Part shown: positions 23,100 to 24,000 of the stretch, piece after piece
Numbering within the stretch: the stretch's first letter is position 1
Layout: the number at the start of each line of letters is the position of its first letter
From: Lacticaseibacillus zeae DSM 20178 = KCTC 3804
Lineage (GTDB): Bacteria > Bacillota > Bacilli > Lactobacillales > Lactobacillaceae
Length of the DNA: 24,000 nt
Direction: 5' to 3'
Assembly: GCF_000260435.1 (NCBI RefSeq)
Contig: NZ_BACQ01000062.1
Location: 83,330 to 107,329, forward strand
Notes under the pieces: model-generated
The model's input: the letters and a program-made list of their open reading frames with translations, nothing else
What the model was told of the DNA's origin: nothing
Databases searched by the model: none
Program-made: the position numbers and the translations under genes

Positions 23100-24000
23100 A
23101 TGACGGTACCAGCAATTCAACTTGAACATGTGACATTTCAGTATGACAGTCAGGCTGAGCCGACCTTGCACGATGTCAACCTGACCATCCAGCCTGGCGA
23201 AAAGGTGTTGATTGTCGGGCCCTCGGGATCGGGAAAATCAACGCTAGGCAACTTGATTAACGGCCTGATTCCGCATGCATTTCCCGGGAAATTGAGCGGT
23301 ACCGTCAAAGTCAACGGTGCGGTGGTGCAGGATCAGAGTTTGGCCGCGTTGTCGGTGAATGTCGGAACCGTTTTGCAAGATCCTGACGCTCAGTTTGTCG
23401 CGTTGACAGCAGGCGAGGACATTGCGTTTGCGTTGGAGAACAGCGCGGTTGTGCCTAGCGAGATGCATACTCGGGTCAAAAAATGGGCCGATCGTTTGAA
23501 AATTGGCGATTTATTGGCGCAGGCGCCGCAATCGCTTTCCGGTGGTCAGAAGCAGCGGGTGGCGATGGCTGGCGTCTTAATTGATGAAGGCGACGTGTTG
23601 CTGTTTGATGAACCTTTGGCTAGTCTTGATCCGGCAACAGGCGAAGCATCAGTGGCGTTGATTGACGAGTTGCATCAGGCGTATCACGTCACTGAAGTTA
23701 TCATTGAGCATCGTTTGGAAGACGTTTTACGCCGGCCGGTTGATCGGTTGGTGGTGATGGCAGATGGCCGCATTTTGGCGGATGACACGCCGGAGAATTT
23801 GTTGCGCGGCCAATTGCTGCAAAAAATCGGTTTGCGGGAACCGTTGTATCTGGAAGCGGCTGAATTTGCGGGCATCGATTTGAAGCAGGCGACACATCTA
23901 GCAGATCTTGAAACGTTCGATGCGCCGGAGCTCGGCGCGAAGCTTGCAACTTTCACCGAAGATGCCCCAACTGTGGTCGCAGAGAAGCCGCAAGCACCAC
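23100..24000 (+). CDS. ECF-type ABC transporter ATP-binding protein (partial, continues past the window; possibly a tandem-ATPase fusion)
   Basis: My own translation from ATG 23100 has no stop up to the window end. Motifs: Walker A GPSGSGKST, Q-loop VLQDP, signature LSGGQKQR, Walker B LLFDEP, H-loop IIEHR. The ORF is missing from the supplied track because it has no stop in the window. Confidence 0.9.
   Translation, partial: MTVPAIQLEHVTFQYDSQAEPTLHDVNLTIQPGEKVLIVGPSGSGKSTLGNLINGLIPHAFPGKLSGTVKVNGAVVQDQSLAALSVNVGTVLQDPDAQFVALTAGEDIAFALENSAVVPSEMHTRVKKWADRLKIGDLLAQAPQSLSGGQKQRVAMAGVLIDEGDVLLFDEPLASLDPATGEASVALIDELHQAYHVTEVIIEHRLEDVLRRPVDRLVVMADGRILADDTPENLLRGQLLQKIGLREPLYLEAAEFAGIDLKQATHLADLETFDAPELGAKLATFTEDAPTVVAEKPQAP

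Noticed and set aside
1-24000. CRISPR arrays, tRNA/rRNA genes, transposases, integrases, toxin-antitoxin pairs or known defence-system genes
   Set aside because: I looked on both strands. There are no spaced direct-repeat arrays, no cloverleaf-like or rRNA-like segments, and no ORFs with nuclease, recombinase or transposase hallmarks. Every ORF longer than 100 aa that is not an antisense shadow has a metabolic, transport or regulatory assignment, except the hypothetical gene at 124..687.

Overview
The window looks like Lactobacillaceae chromosome, probably the Lacticaseibacillus casei group judging by the G-ending codon bias of the flanks. A roughly 20-kb, visibly AT-richer block (about 950..21350) sits between GC-richer flanks. 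All genes are on the + strand. Left flank: the tail of a possible MarR-like gene and two small hypothetical genes. Right flank: a DUF62 SAM hydroxide adenosyltransferase, an ECF-transporter S component and the start of an ECF-type ABC ATPase. The block holds three sugar-type modules. A (1408..8301): a PRD/EIIB/EIIA-type activator, a KDPG/KDPGal-type aldolase, a Gat-family PTS (EIIA, EIIB, EIIC), a DgoD-type galactonate dehydratase and a cog1735 phosphotriesterase-homology (PHP) lactonase-like hydrolase, with no sugar-acid kinase. B (8723..13595): a Rossmann plus SAF-domain dehydrogenase (COG4091-like), a Gut-family PTS (EIIA, EIIC, EIIBC), GutM and a SorC-family regulator. C (13862..21280): a complete but reordered counterpart of the uncharacterised E. 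coli yhfZ-yhfY-yhfX-yhfW-php-yhfU-yhfT-yhfS cluster. No enzyme, transporter or regulator of that cluster has a known substrate. Module C, and the kinase-less PTS-lactonase-dehydratase-aldolase logic of module A, are the best candidates for undescribed systems. I also list promoters, cre-like boxes, two perfect palindromic operator candidates and several rho-independent terminators. I saw no CRISPR array, tRNA/rRNA, transposase, integrase or recognisable defence genes. All homology statements come from reading motifs and recalling reference sequences, not from database searches.
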